Virus record (IMG/VR): IMGVR_UViG_3300045988_166055
Span: 32,001 to 96,000 of that record
Length of the DNA stretch: 64,000 bases
Origin: a virus
Reading direction: 5' to 3' (one strand)
Part shown: positions 17,922 to 26,958 of the stretch, piece by piece
Position numbering within the stretch: the first letter of the stretch is position 1
How the letters are laid out: every line of letters starts with the position of its first letter
Translations under genes and position numbers: made by a program
The notes under the pieces: model-generated
What the model was told of the DNA's origin: nothing
What the model saw: the letters and a program-made list of their open reading frames with translations, nothing else
Database searches by the model: none

Positions 17922-18578
17922 TTATTTGAATTCATATACAGCCGTACCAAGGTCATGATATGGAGAATATCCTAAATTTATCATGTCTGATTCTGTCCAG
18001 TTACTTTGTCTTCTAGAATCATTTGATATGAAATTTACTCCGTTCCACCACCATTTCTTTCTTTGAGTATCTCTTTCAGATTTCATTCCAATTTCCTCGT
18101 AGTCCTCAAAATTATCAAAACAAAAATTTACATAGGAAACAATATTGTACAGACCATAATCAGATGCAAACTTTGATAATATAGAAAATCCATTCTTAAC
18201 ATAGTATCCCGGAAGCATATACATTCTAGATAGTTCAGCATAGTATCGTTTATCTTTTGATTTTTTGAAAGTCATCATGCAGTATATTACACTATCCTTA
18301 ACTAACCCTATAGCTAGAACTGTTCCTTTTGCAGCCTTTAGCGGATAGTACTCATTCATCCAATTATCTGAAATATCTTTATTCAATCTGTATATCTTCA
18401 AATCTTCACCATTTATAATAGTATGATATTCTGGTTTCTTGTAGTAATATCCTAAGAAATTTCTTTTCTTTTCATAAGAAGTCAATCTTTTTGCTTGAAC
18501 CCAATCTAATTTTGAAACATTGTCTACCCCATATCTACCCAAGTTTGTTTGTATTCGTTTATCATTTGATGTGTTCAT
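17922..18578 (-). CDS. free-standing gene related to the C-terminal half of the 56278..58092 endonuclease-like protein
   Basis: This is the only minus-strand gene. GGAGG lies 10 nt before the ATG at 18578 (track ORF trimmed by 13 aa). It has an N-terminal 'LGRYGVDNVSK' repeat-type motif. 'LAIGLVKDSVIYCMMTFKKSK...AELSRMY...NGFSILSKFASDYGLYNIVSY' aligns by eye to 'IKLGLTYNDELVSLMTFGKLR...WELVRFC...GGASKLFKYFVDNYNPEEIRSF'. Confidence 0.6.
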   Translation of the reverse strand: MNTSNDKRIQTNLGRYGVDNVSKLDWVQAKRLTSYEKKRNFLGYYYKKPEYHTIINGEDLKIYRLNKDISDNWMNEYYPLKAAKGTVLAIGLVKDSVIYCMMTFKKSKDKRYYAELSRMYMLPGYYVKNGFSILSKFASDYGLYNIVSYVNFCFDNFEDYEEIGMKSERDTQRKKWWWNGVNFISNDSRRQSNWTESDMINLGYSPYHDLGTAVYEFK

Positions 18579-18692
18579 ACGAAAACTACCTCCTTGTAGA
18601 AAAATATAAGGTATCAATTAGAACATAGTTATATTATCAATCTTTTATTAAATTGCGAAAGCAAATAAACTCGATATAAGGAGGAAGTGTAT

Positions 18693-19238
18693 ATGTTTAC
18701 ACCGCTCAAGCTTGGTACAAACCACATGTTAGGTGTTGATAATTTTATTCCATTGACATCGAATAACTTTGAAATTCGCATATACAACATGGATGGAAGT
18801 GCACCTACTGAGTTCTCAGACCTGCTAACACTTTCAACAGATGAAGTAGGCGAAGTGGTTGAGGAACAGGATTCAATTGTTGTCCATTACGGCAACGGTC
18901 TAATCAAATTCCCGAGTAAGGTTGATTATTCCGATGTTGAATGGACTCTTAACTGCTACTGCAGCCCGAATGTTCTTGAGGCTCTTCGTGAATGGCGTCG
19001 TAAGGTTTATGATCCTGATACCGAAAAAATGGGATTACCATCTGAGTACATGCGTCAGGTATATTTCATCAAGTATGATGGCCAGGGCAATGTTAGAGAT
19101 GTGATCCGTTGCCCCGGTACTTGGATCAAAGGACTAAGCAATGGAGCCCACAATCAAACAGGTGGGGAAGTAGTTAAGGTAAAAACCACGCTCGTTATTT
19201 CAAAAGCAATTTATCTGAAACCTTCTGATCTGCAGTGA
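18693..19238 (+). CDS. tail tube protein (T4 gp19-like fold)
   Basis: GGAGG at 18680-18684 lies 8 nt before ATG 18693. The pattern 'NNFEIRIYN...FPSKVDYSDVEWTLNCY...EALREWRRKV...EYMRQVYFIKYD...VKVKTTLVISKAIY' parallels T4 gp19 'NLFQVEISY...TFDDWTVTVMND...KFVDWQ...EYKKSAIVRQY...FEVTLALDY' by eye. GC-rich codon usage. Confidence 0.6.
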   Translation: MFTPLKLGTNHMLGVDNFIPLTSNNFEIRIYNMDGSAPTEFSDLLTLSTDEVGEVVEEQDSIVVHYGNGLIKFPSKVDYSDVEWTLNCYCSPNVLEALREWRRKVYDPDTEKMGLPSEYMRQVYFIKYDGQGNVRDVIRCPGTWIKGLSNGAHNQTGGEVVKVKTTLVISKAIYLKPSDLQ

Positions 19239-19257
19239 TTGTTCATCAAATTTAACA

Positions 19258-19281
19258 GCTGGTTCGCCAGCCGTTATTTTT
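19258..19281 (+). terminator. weak terminator candidate after the tube gene
   Basis: GCTGG-TTCG-CCAGC (5-bp stem with a UUCG loop), then a T5 run five nt later. Confidence 0.35.
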
Positions 19282-19304
19282 CTACAACCTTCAATTATTT
19301 TGAA

Positions 19305-19313
19305 AATCGTTAT
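19305..19313 (+). promoter_or_regulatory. Motif A copy (AATCGTTAT)
   Basis: Exact 9-mer, intergenic, 31 nt upstream of ATG 19344. Confidence 0.4.
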
Positions 19314-19343
19314 TGAAATTAAGTAAAGATATGAGGTGTAGTT

Positions 19344-19541
19344 ATGAAGAAAACATTCTATCCTGTTTTATGTTCTAAAGATGACATTGAGACATCTGGA
19401 TATGATTTTCACGGATATAGGATAACTAATTCAGGTAGCGGTTGGGTTGTTAGAGGTGGAGGACAGCGAGTCTCTCCCTATTTTGCAACTTCGGATGAAG
19501 CTGAGGAATTTATTCTTGACATGGAGAATGACGATGATTGA
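19344..19541 (+). CDS. hypothetical protein
   Basis: 65-aa ORF with a GAGGTG RBS. 'GWVVRGGGQRVSPYFATSDEAEEF' is reminiscent of DUF2188-type small proteins (weak). Confidence 0.55.
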   Translation: MKKTFYPVLCSKDDIETSGYDFHGYRITNSGSGWVVRGGGQRVSPYFATSDEAEEFILDMENDDD

Positions 19542-19716
19542 TGACATCATTGAAGGATTGCTTGGAGTACTATCTTTACTAATCACTTTAATTGGATACA
19601 TAGTATTATTTGTTATCTTTTTGATAATGATTCTAGTAGGAGTACCTATTTTATTTGTAACTTCTCCTATTTGGATAATACTATTACTTATTGATAGGAA
19701 GGAGAATAAACTTTGA
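19528..19716 (+). CDS. small membrane protein (two predicted TM helices)
   Basis: An internal ATG of track ORF 19447..19716 overlaps the upstream gene end. 'LLGVLSLLITLIGYIVLFVIFLIMILVGVPILFVTSPIWIILLLI' is strongly hydrophobic. Confidence 0.55.
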   Translation: MTMIDDIIEGLLGVLSLLITLIGYIVLFVIFLIMILVGVPILFVTSPIWIILLLIDRKENKL

Positions 19717-19958
19717 AAAGAGTAGTTAGATGTTCAGCTGAAAATACTTTATCTGGTAAATACGTTAAAGATATTTTGAAGAAGATGTCTTTCAAAGATA
19801 AAGTTCGTGTTCAGATGAATAAAGATTCTGTAACGAAGTACGATTTACCTTATGGAGGATTTAGCGGTAAGGTGATTGAAGTTCCTTGGTTCTTCTCTGA
19901 TCTTGCTGTATATTCTGTTAAAAATGATGGAAGCGAAGTAAGGATTCAGGTTAAGTAA
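19713..19958 (+). CDS. hypothetical protein
   Basis: 81-aa ORF with a TTG start after AGGAAGGAG. Confidence 0.5.
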   Translation: MKRVVRCSAENTLSGKYVKDILKKMSFKDKVRVQMNKDSVTKYDLPYGGFSGKVIEVPWFFSDLAVYSVKNDGSEVRIQVK

Positions 19959-19970
19959 ATACAAATTTGA

Positions 19971-20000
19971 ATGACGAGTCTTTCAGGCTCGTCATTTTTT
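19971..20000 (+). terminator. Rho-independent terminator
   Basis: ATGACGAG-N9-CTCGTCAT stem followed by a T6 run. Confidence 0.75.
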
Positions 20001-20013
20001 ATGTTTATTTAAG

Positions 20014-20022
20014 AATCGTTAT
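20014..20022 (+). promoter_or_regulatory. Motif A copy (AATCGTTAT)
   Basis: Exact 9-mer directly after a terminator and 54 nt upstream of ATG 20076. Confidence 0.4.
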
Positions 20023-20075
20023 TATGATTGTAATCAAAATAGATAGACAAAGATCAATTTTAGGAGGTCACCCAA

Positions 20076-20561
20076 ATGTCTTGGATCAATGTAAATGAGC
20101 AGGGAGTTCCTGTAAATGATGAAAGATATCACAACAGATTCAGTTTGTCTTTAGAGTACAAGCCTACTTATGGGCACGCTCTTTGTGTAGAGAAGGAGGA
20201 CGTCATTGCAAGATACAATCGACCCGATGATACCTTCTACGAAGAGAAGACAGGAAAGCCGATCAATTACAGTGATATTCAGTCATGGTATTGTTCATTT
20301 GATGACGGTGAAATCGGAATGAAAATTATTCACCAGGCTGAATTCAAAGTCAAAGGTCTTATGAATGAAATTGTAGTTTGCTACTACATGTTTGGTTATT
20401 ATCTAGTCGATGTTTGGTTTCAGACAGAAGAAACAGATGACAACTCTCCTACTAGAATTAACTACATTAAAACTAAATATTTTACAGTCGCAGAGAAAAA
20501 ATATTATCAGAAGCTGTCTGACCTAAACAAGACAATAGAGGAAAGAGAAAATGTTTGCTGA
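20076..20561 (+). CDS. hypothetical protein
   Basis: 161-aa ORF with an AGGAGGT RBS. Confidence 0.65.
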   Translation: MSWINVNEQGVPVNDERYHNRFSLSLEYKPTYGHALCVEKEDVIARYNRPDDTFYEEKTGKPINYSDIQSWYCSFDDGEIGMKIIHQAEFKVKGLMNEIVVCYYMFGYYLVDVWFQTEETDDNSPTRINYIKTKYFTVAEKKYYQKLSDLNKTIEERENVC

Positions 20562-20952
20562 ACTTAAGAGCAAGGAAGATATTCAGAAAGCTATTGTCGA
20601 ATACTTAGGAGAGGGTGAAAAAGATACTAGAAGAATTGAATTTTCTAAGATCTATGATAAAATTCCTACTTCATTTTTTGACAATGGTGGTATTGTAGCT
20701 TATCACAAAGTTGATTACAACAATGATATTAAAATGCGTGTTTTTCATTGTGACTGGTTCATTGTACCTGAAATTTTCTTCGAATATATTCAGGAAGATA
20801 TGTTTTACCCGGGTCAATGGAGAAGACAATATCGGTCTGGAACTAAAGTTAGTTCTGGATTTGTTTCTAGCTGTTGTGATATGTGGTCGCAAAGATATTC
20901 AAGATTCTGTCCTGACTGCGGAAGAATGATGAAAAGCTACATTGAATATTGA
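20551..20952 (+). CDS. hypothetical protein with C-terminal zinc ribbon
   Basis: 133-aa ORF with 'SSCCDMWSQRYSRFCPDCG' near the C-terminus. Confidence 0.6.
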   Translation: MFAELKSKEDIQKAIVEYLGEGEKDTRRIEFSKIYDKIPTSFFDNGGIVAYHKVDYNNDIKMRVFHCDWFIVPEIFFEYIQEDMFYPGQWRRQYRSGTKVSSGFVSSCCDMWSQRYSRFCPDCGRMMKSYIEY

Positions 20953-20964
20953 TAGGAGCAAATT

Positions 20965-21195
20965 ATGACACTGATTGAACTTCAGAATAAACTTGGAGAG
21001 CAGATTGAAGCTCTAACTAATCCCGAAGCATCAAATGAAACTAGGAAGCAGGCAGCAGAAATTGCTGCTGTTATCTCTAGTTTAGCGAAGCAGATGATAA
21101 ACAATGCAGACATTGTTCTTAGACGCGATAAGATGATTTCTGAAGGTAAGCTTAAGAACTCTGCAATCAATAGTATGATCGGTGATGAGAGGTAA
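20965..21195 (+). CDS. hypothetical coiled-coil protein
   Basis: 76-aa ORF with a TAGGAG RBS. Confidence 0.55.
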   Translation: MTLIELQNKLGEQIEALTNPEASNETRKQAAEIAAVISSLAKQMINNADIVLRRDKMISEGKLKNSAINSMIGDER

Positions 21196-21724
21196 AAGAT
21201 ATTTTACAAAAGAGCAAGAATACTGGTTAGTAGAAAACTTCAACAGATTTTCCTGCTATAGAGATATGGCTGACTGCTTTAACAAATCTTTTCATGAAAC
21301 ACGGTCTTTCGAGTCTATACGAGAAAAATGTAATAAAAGACTTCATCTTAAAGGAAAGCCTAGCGTAACTAGATACGGATCAAAGCGAAAGGAGCAGCTT
21401 CCTATAGGTACAATTAGAAAATCACAAACTAGTACTTTCATAAAAGTTAGAGAGGTTCCAGAAAAAAGCGATATTAGTGGATACATGCGCCCATATTGGA
21501 TTCCTCTTCAAGAAAAAATATATTCCGATAACTTTGGACCTGTGCCAGAGGGGAATATGGTATGTTTCTTAGATAATGATAGAAATAATTTCAACATAGC
21601 GAATTTATTCATGATAGATAGGAAGATATCCGCTATCATGTCAAGTAATCAATGGTGGTCAACTAATCCAGAGTTTACAAAAACTGCTATTCTATGGTGT
21701 AAATTGTACTATGCTATTCGATAA
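21182..21724 (+). CDS. HNH_3-like homing endonuclease (degenerate)
   Basis: 'GNMVCFLDNDRNNFNIANLFMIDRK' matches the HNH_3 pattern (x-F/H-x-D-G-x-x-x-N-N-x-x-x-N-L). The first His is replaced, so nuclease activity is uncertain. Confidence 0.5.
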   Translation: MMRGKRYFTKEQEYWLVENFNRFSCYRDMADCFNKSFHETRSFESIREKCNKRLHLKGKPSVTRYGSKRKEQLPIGTIRKSQTSTFIKVREVPEKSDISGYMRPYWIPLQEKIYSDNFGPVPEGNMVCFLDNDRNNFNIANLFMIDRKISAIMSSNQWWSTNPEFTKTAILWCKLYYAIR

Positions 21725-21740
21725 ATAAAAATTAAATAAG

Positions 21741-21763
21741 AATCGTTATATTGAATGTAGATA
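21741..21763 (+). promoter_or_regulatory. Motif A copy (AATCGTTAT-N6-TGTAGATA)
   Basis: Full bipartite motif, intergenic, 23 nt upstream of ATG 21786. Confidence 0.45.
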
Positions 21764-21785
21764 AATTTTGATGGAGGTAACAAAT

Positions 21786-22730
21786 ATGCCTGCTAATGTT
21801 GAAACAATGTTTAGCGTACGTGAGGTTCCTTGGCACGGTCTTGGAACTATTGTCCAGGAAGCTCCTACTTTTAAAGATGCACTTCACCTTGCTGGTCTAG
21901 ATTGGAATGTAATTTCTAATCCTATTTTCACTGCAGAGGGGAAGGAAATTGAAGGTTGGAAATCAAATGTTAGAGACTCTGACAACACTGTTTTAGGAAT
22001 TGTTTCTAACAAGTACAAGATTGTTCAGAATGCTGAAGCTTTCGAATTCACTGACGAGCTCATTTCTGACGATGTAAAGTATGAGACAGCAGGATCTCTT
22101 AGAAACGGAAAGCAGATTTGGCTTCTTGCTAAGATGCCTAAGGTTAAGGTAGTTGGAGACGATGTTGATCCGTATGTTTGCTTCACTAACAGCCATGATG
22201 GCCTAGGATCTATTAAAGTTTGCATGACGCCTGTTCGTGTTGTTTGCAATAACACACTTAACCTTGCTCTTAGCAATACACGGCGCTGCTGGACGACTCG
22301 TCATGTTGGAGATATCAATAGTAAGCTAGAAGAGGCAAGGCGTACGCTGGCGCTCGCTAACAGCTACATGGAAGATCTAAGCGTTGTAGGGGATAGACTT
22401 GCTAATCTTACTTTCAATCAGTCTGAAGTAGAGCAGTTTGTTGATCTTCTTTTCAAAGTTGACGACGATGCAAGTGATAGGGTCAAGAACAACGCTCAGG
22501 ACATGAAAGACGGATTTATGTATTGTTACTTCGCTCCTGACATCTTGAAGTTCAAAGATACTGCATGGGGAGTTGTAAATGCTGCTGCTGATTTTGCAGG
22601 GCATGCTCGCCCTAGAAGAGTTACTGCTAAGACAAATGAAACTCGTTGGGCAAATACAATGAATGGTAACATCATTGTTGACACTACTTTCCTTCACATG
22701 ATGAAGCTTCTCAATAAGGAGGTCGGTTGA
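21786..22730 (+). CDS. DUF932 (phage/plasmid-like protein, TIGR03299-type)
   Basis: GGAGGT RBS before ATG 21786. 'ETMFSVREVPWHGLGTIV', 'GLDWNV' and 'NSHDGLGSIKVCMTPVRVVCNNTL' match my memory of DUF932. Confidence 0.7.
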   Translation: MPANVETMFSVREVPWHGLGTIVQEAPTFKDALHLAGLDWNVISNPIFTAEGKEIEGWKSNVRDSDNTVLGIVSNKYKIVQNAEAFEFTDELISDDVKYETAGSLRNGKQIWLLAKMPKVKVVGDDVDPYVCFTNSHDGLGSIKVCMTPVRVVCNNTLNLALSNTRRCWTTRHVGDINSKLEEARRTLALANSYMEDLSVVGDRLANLTFNQSEVEQFVDLLFKVDDDASDRVKNNAQDMKDGFMYCYFAPDILKFKDTAWGVVNAAADFAGHARPRRVTAKTNETRWANTMNGNIIVDTTFLHMMKLLNKEVG

Positions 22731-22731
22731 T

Positions 22732-23001
22732 ATGGATTTGAAGGCTACAATGGTTTATGATGAAGTAAATGATAAGTATACCTACTTCGACAGGAATGGA
22801 GTCATGCTTCAGGATGGGGACATTGTCGTATATTCTGATGGTAGAGAAGAGAAGTTGTATGAAACTACTGACGGACGCCTAGGCACAGACGCAACTAACA
22901 GGCATTGGATTGAGACAGGTCGTGCAGCTCCTTGCGAGTATGGAATTTATCCTCTTGAATATATTGATCTGAAGGAAGTAACCAAGAAGGGAGATAAGTG
23001 A
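22732..23001 (+). CDS. hypothetical protein
   Basis: 89-aa ORF with an AAGGAGGT RBS. Confidence 0.6.
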   Translation: MDLKATMVYDEVNDKYTYFDRNGVMLQDGDIVVYSDGREEKLYETTDGRLGTDATNRHWIETGRAAPCEYGIYPLEYIDLKEVTKKGDK

Positions 23002-23002
23002 T

Positions 23003-23710
23003 ATGAGTACTATCAACTGGGCTGAAAACGAAATTGAGATTGTAAGAAACCGTCTCAAGTCTTCGCCTGAAGAAGAAGGAGGCGAAAATGATTACATTTT
23101 AGGATGCTATGAATCCGCATTTAAGGCATTCAAGTCCCTACTCGAGGATGGTCATTCAGGAATGTCTATTTCTATAACTAAATCAATTTTGATTCGTCTA
23201 ATTGATGGACGTCCTCTTAACGACATTCAGGATACAGAAGACGTATGGAATGAAGTTTCAGGATTGAGCAAGGATGTGAAAGAATATCAATGCTCTAGAA
23301 TGTCTTCGCTGTTCAAGAAAGTGTATCCTGATGGGTCTGTTAAGTACAACGATATTTACCGATCTGTCTGCGTCAATGTAGACGATCCGAGAAATGTGTT
23401 CAACGGATATGGATGCAGAATTCTAGACGAGATGCTTCCTATTGAGATGCCTTATTCTCCTTCGTCTAAACAGTATAAAATTTACTGCAAAGAATTCCTT
23501 TATGACGAAGACGGAGGGGATTTCGACACGCTTGGAGTACTTTACGCAATTTCTCCTGAAGGTGAAAAAATCAATATCGAAAGATACTTCAAGGATGTTA
23601 AAGGTACTCCAGGTTGGGTAGAAATCAATTCAGATGAATATTTATACAGAATGTATCATCAATTTAGAACAAATCCGGTTTCTGAGATGATGGATGACTC
23701 TAAAAATTAA
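23003..23710 (+). CDS. hypothetical protein
   Basis: 235-aa ORF with a GGGAGA RBS. Confidence 0.65.
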   Translation: MSTINWAENEIEIVRNRLKSSPEEEGGENDYILGCYESAFKAFKSLLEDGHSGMSISITKSILIRLIDGRPLNDIQDTEDVWNEVSGLSKDVKEYQCSRMSSLFKKVYPDGSVKYNDIYRSVCVNVDDPRNVFNGYGCRILDEMLPIEMPYSPSSKQYKIYCKEFLYDEDGGDFDTLGVLYAISPEGEKINIERYFKDVKGTPGWVEINSDEYLYRMYHQFRTNPVSEMMDDSKN

Positions 23711-23735
23711 ATTTCGTCTATTCAGGAGATAAAAG

Positions 23736-24080
23736 ATGATAAAGTTTAATGGAATTCATGTCTTTCCTGATGGATCGGTTTTCATAAATGCAAATTTTTA
23801 TGAAACTCCATATTCAGTTGCAATTTTTTCTAGTGAAGAGAGCATTGGCCTATATAACCTTGAAACAGAGAAAATGCTGATCCATGACGAAGATGGATTC
23901 AAATGGATACCTATTGACTTCGCTATTCACGATAATTTCTATAAGTGCTCAGAAGTTGTTAAAAGACTAATGAAGATTAAAGTAGCAGATCTGATGGTTG
24001 ATGACAAAAAGGGTGACTACTTTAGAACTTTCGTAGAAAATCTTATCAAACAATCTGATCCGGATTTCGACGAAGATTGA
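23736..24080 (+). CDS. hypothetical protein
   Basis: 114-aa ORF with a CAGGAGA RBS. Confidence 0.6.
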   Translation: MIKFNGIHVFPDGSVFINANFYETPYSVAIFSSEESIGLYNLETEKMLIHDEDGFKWIPIDFAIHDNFYKCSEVVKRLMKIKVADLMVDDKKGDYFRTFVENLIKQSDPDFDED

Positions 24081-24128
24081 ATTGTAATAAGTAAATATTA
24101 TATCTTCAAGGCAAGATCTTGTGTCTAT

Positions 24129-24157
24129 AGGCTGGTCAAATAACCCTTGACCAGCCT
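24129..24157 (+). promoter_or_regulatory. stable hairpin in the nrdD leader (no U-tract)
   Basis: AGGCTGGTCAA-N7-TTGACCAGCCT gives an 11-bp perfect stem. TATATAC follows rather than a T-run. Confidence 0.5.
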
Positions 24158-24199
24158 TATATACATATACAACGATACTAACTAGGAGGTAGTTGCTAA

Positions 24200-26431
24200 A
24201 TGAGAATAATTAAACGAAGCGGAGTAGAGGAAGATTTCAACTCCGCTAAAATTATATCTGCGTTAAATAGAGCAAATGCAGAGGTTGAGGGTGACGACAA
24301 GTTATTTCAATATGACGTCGAAGGAATTGCAAGGGCAATAGAGCAAGAAGCAAAGACATGCGACAAACCTCTAAATGTAGAAGAAATTCAAGATATGGTA
24401 GAAGATAGCATAATGTCTTTAGGAAAGTACGCATTGGCTAGAAAGTACATTAAATATCGTCAAGTTCATTCAATGAGTAGAGACAAGTATGATGACTTGA
24501 TGAAAGCAGTTGCAGACAAACTGCTTGGAAGAAAAATTGACAATCAGAATGCAAATGTAGACGAACATTCTTTCGGGGGAAGAATGGGAGAAGCTAACGA
24601 TGTAGTTTGCAGACAATTTGCACTTGACTTTCTTGTTTCTGAAAAGGCAAAGAAGAATCATATTGACAATCGTGTATACATCCATGACCTTAACAGCTAT
24701 GCTGTGGGAAATCATAATTGTCTTAGCGTACCATTTGACGATTTGCTTGCAAACGGATTCATTGTAAAGCAGACAGATGTTAGACCTGCAGGGTCATTGA
24801 ATACAGCTTTTCAGCTTGTAGCAGTCATATTTCAGTTGCAATCTTTGCAGCAGTTTGGCGGAGTTAGCTCAACGCATCTTGACTGGACAATGGTTCCTTA
24901 TTTAAGAAAGTCTTTCTATAAGCACTTCATCAAAGGTGTAAAATATATTGAAAATTTTAGGGGCAAAGGCTTAGACATATATAACAAAGAGATGTCAATT
25001 GACGACAAAGCTTACCACCATTTTCCAAAGGCTTATCAATATGCTATGGACATGACAAAAGAAGAATGTCATCAAGCAGTAGAGGGAATGTACCACAACT
25101 TAAATACACTTCAAAGTAGATCGGGAAACCAGTTGCCGTTTACATCTATCAATTACGGTACATGTACTTTGCCAGAAGGAAGAATGGTAACAAAGGCTGT
25201 TCTTGATCTGTCAATTGAAGGCCTAGGTAAATTAAATAGAACATCTATTTTCCCTTGCGGAATATTTCAGTGTATGAAGGGTGTAAATAGACATCCTGGA
25301 GATCCAAATTATGACCTATTCAGACTTGCATTGAAGTCTACAGCATTAAGACTGTATCCAAATTATTGTAATGTAGACTGGTCTGGAAATGCAGGATATG
25401 ACGTAAATGATCCTAGAACATATTTTTCTACGATGGGCTGTCGAACAGCTAACGGATACGACATAAACGGATTAGGGCAGCTAAAAGATGGAAGAGGAAA
25501 TATTTGCCCTACAACTATAATTCTTCCTACTTTGGCTATGGAAGCTAAAAAGAAAATAGAAAAATTAGCTTATTTGTCAAATTCTTCAGCATCTGAATAT
25601 GATTTGAAATCAGAATTCCTTTCTATTTTAGATGAAGCAATATCAGATGCAAGAGATTCATTGATTGAAAGATACAAATGGATTTGCAGTCAATCTCCGG
25701 ATTCAGCTAAGTTCATGTATGAAAACAATTTGATGGCAGGATATGTTCCAGAAGAAGGAATTGAATCAGCGCTTAAACATGGGACTCTTGCCATTGGGCA
25801 AATTGGACTTGCCGAAACTCTTCAGATACTGATTGGATGCGACCATACAACTAGAGAAGGTATGGAGTTTGCACAAGAAATTGAGTATCTTTTCAACAAA
25901 CGATGCAAGGAATTCAAAGAGGGTTATCACCTTAACTTTGGAGTTTATTATACACCTGCTGAAAATCTTTGTTACACCGCAATGAAGAAGTTCAAGGAAA
26001 AGTATGGCGTAATAAAAGATGTATCTGATAAGGAATTCTTTACTAATTCTATACATGTTCCTGTTTGGAAGCATATTGATCCATTTGAAAAAATAGACAT
26101 AGAATCACAGCTTACTGGATATTCAAATGCTGGATGTATAACTTATGTAGAGTTAGGAAGCAGCTGTAAACACAATCTAGATGCTCTTGAGACGCTTGTC
26201 AATTACGCAATGGATAAAGATATTCCTTATTTCGCAATAAATGTACCAAATGATCAATGTATGGAATGCGGATATTGCGATGAAATGAATGATACTTGCC
26301 CTAAATGCGGTAGCAAGGATATCAAGAGGCTGAGAAGAGTAACTGGCTATCTAACCAACGATTACAAAACATCTTTCAATAAGGGTAAGCAGCAAGAAGT
26401 AGAAATGAGAGTAAAACACGATTCCTTCTAA
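24200..26431 (+). CDS. nrdD: anaerobic ribonucleoside-triphosphate reductase (class III RNR)
   Basis: N-terminal ATP-cone ('IIKRSGVEEDFNSAKIISAL'), 743 aa, C-terminal Zn site 'CMECGYCDEMNDTCPKCG' and glycyl-radical motif 'RLRRVTGYL'. The activase gene is adjacent. Confidence 0.92.
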   Translation: MRIIKRSGVEEDFNSAKIISALNRANAEVEGDDKLFQYDVEGIARAIEQEAKTCDKPLNVEEIQDMVEDSIMSLGKYALARKYIKYRQVHSMSRDKYDDLMKAVADKLLGRKIDNQNANVDEHSFGGRMGEANDVVCRQFALDFLVSEKAKKNHIDNRVYIHDLNSYAVGNHNCLSVPFDDLLANGFIVKQTDVRPAGSLNTAFQLVAVIFQLQSLQQFGGVSSTHLDWTMVPYLRKSFYKHFIKGVKYIENFRGKGLDIYNKEMSIDDKAYHHFPKAYQYAMDMTKEECHQAVEGMYHNLNTLQSRSGNQLPFTSINYGTCTLPEGRMVTKAVLDLSIEGLGKLNRTSIFPCGIFQCMKGVNRHPGDPNYDLFRLALKSTALRLYPNYCNVDWSGNAGYDVNDPRTYFSTMGCRTANGYDINGLGQLKDGRGNICPTTIILPTLAMEAKKKIEKLAYLSNSSASEYDLKSEFLSILDEAISDARDSLIERYKWICSQSPDSAKFMYENNLMAGYVPEEGIESALKHGTLAIGQIGLAETLQILIGCDHTTREGMEFAQEIEYLFNKRCKEFKEGYHLNFGVYYTPAENLCYTAMKKFKEKYGVIKDVSDKEFFTNSIHVPVWKHIDPFEKIDIESQLTGYSNAGCITYVELGSSCKHNLDALETLVNYAMDKDIPYFAINVPNDQCMECGYCDEMNDTCPKCGSKDIKRLRRVTGYLTNDYKTSFNKGKQQEVEMRVKHDSF

Positions 26432-26445
26432 GGTGGTACTGATAT

Positions 26446-26958
26446 ATGAATTATATTAAAATATCTAAATGCGACATTGCAAATGGACTAGGATTCAGAG
26501 TTGTCCTTTGGGTATCAGGATGTAATCATAATTGTAAAGGCTGTCATAATCCTCAGACCCATGACTATTCAGCTGGAAAAGTATTTGATAACGATGCTTT
26601 AGAATATCTTATCAAATGCCTTTCAAAGCCTTATATCAGAGGCCTAACTATTTCTGGAGGCGATCCAATGTCTCCTAGAAATAGATCAAAAGTGATTGAT
26701 ATATGCAGAGCAGTAAAGCATGATTTTGGAAGTAAGAAAGATATCTGGATATACACCGGAAACGAGTTTAACTTGAGAGAATATTTCTTTCCCGTAGATG
26801 TAGTAGTTGATGGACCATATATAGAAAGCCTTCGTGACATTTCGCTTCCTTTTAGAGGTAGCTCAAACCAAAGGATAATTGATGTGAAGAAGACACATGA
26901 GGAAACGAACACACTTCTAGATCAGAGAATCGTTATTTACAATGTAGACAATAATTAA
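26446..26958 (+). CDS. nrdG: anaerobic RNR activating protein (radical SAM)
   Basis: 'GCNHNCKGCHN' CxxxCxxC cluster motif and 'GLTISGGDP'. 170 aa, immediately downstream of nrdD. Confidence 0.9.
   Translation: MNYIKISKCDIANGLGFRVVLWVSGCNHNCKGCHNPQTHDYSAGKVFDNDALEYLIKCLSKPYIRGLTISGGDPMSPRNRSKVIDICRAVKHDFGSKKDIWIYTGNEFNLREYFFPVDVVVDGPYIESLRDISLPFRGSSNQRIIDVKKTHEETNTLLDQRIVIYNVDNN
26928..26950 (+). promoter_or_regulatory. Motif A copy (AATCGTTAT-N6-TGTAGACA) inside the 3' end of nrdG
   Basis: Bipartite motif with one mismatch in the second box. It lies 43 nt upstream of ATG 26993. Confidence 0.4.

Noticed and set aside
18579-18692. Divergent promoter region between the minus-strand gene and the tube gene, searched for TTGACA-N17-TATAAT pairs; TTGCGA-N16-TATAAG noted
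   Set aside because: The TATAAG overlaps the tube gene's SD, so the leader would be too short. No convincing -35/-10 pair was found for either direction. Only a small ATTGC-GAAA-GCAAT hairpin is present, so no promoter is annotated.
19447-19527. N-terminal extension of the membrane-protein ORF (track 19447..19716) and similar long 5' extensions (21768, 27208, 27771, 28162, 29011, 32381, 53352, 62623)
   Set aside because: The extensions overlap the preceding gene in another frame and lack an SD. Internal ATGs preceded by GGAGG-type sites give compact, non-overlapping gene models.
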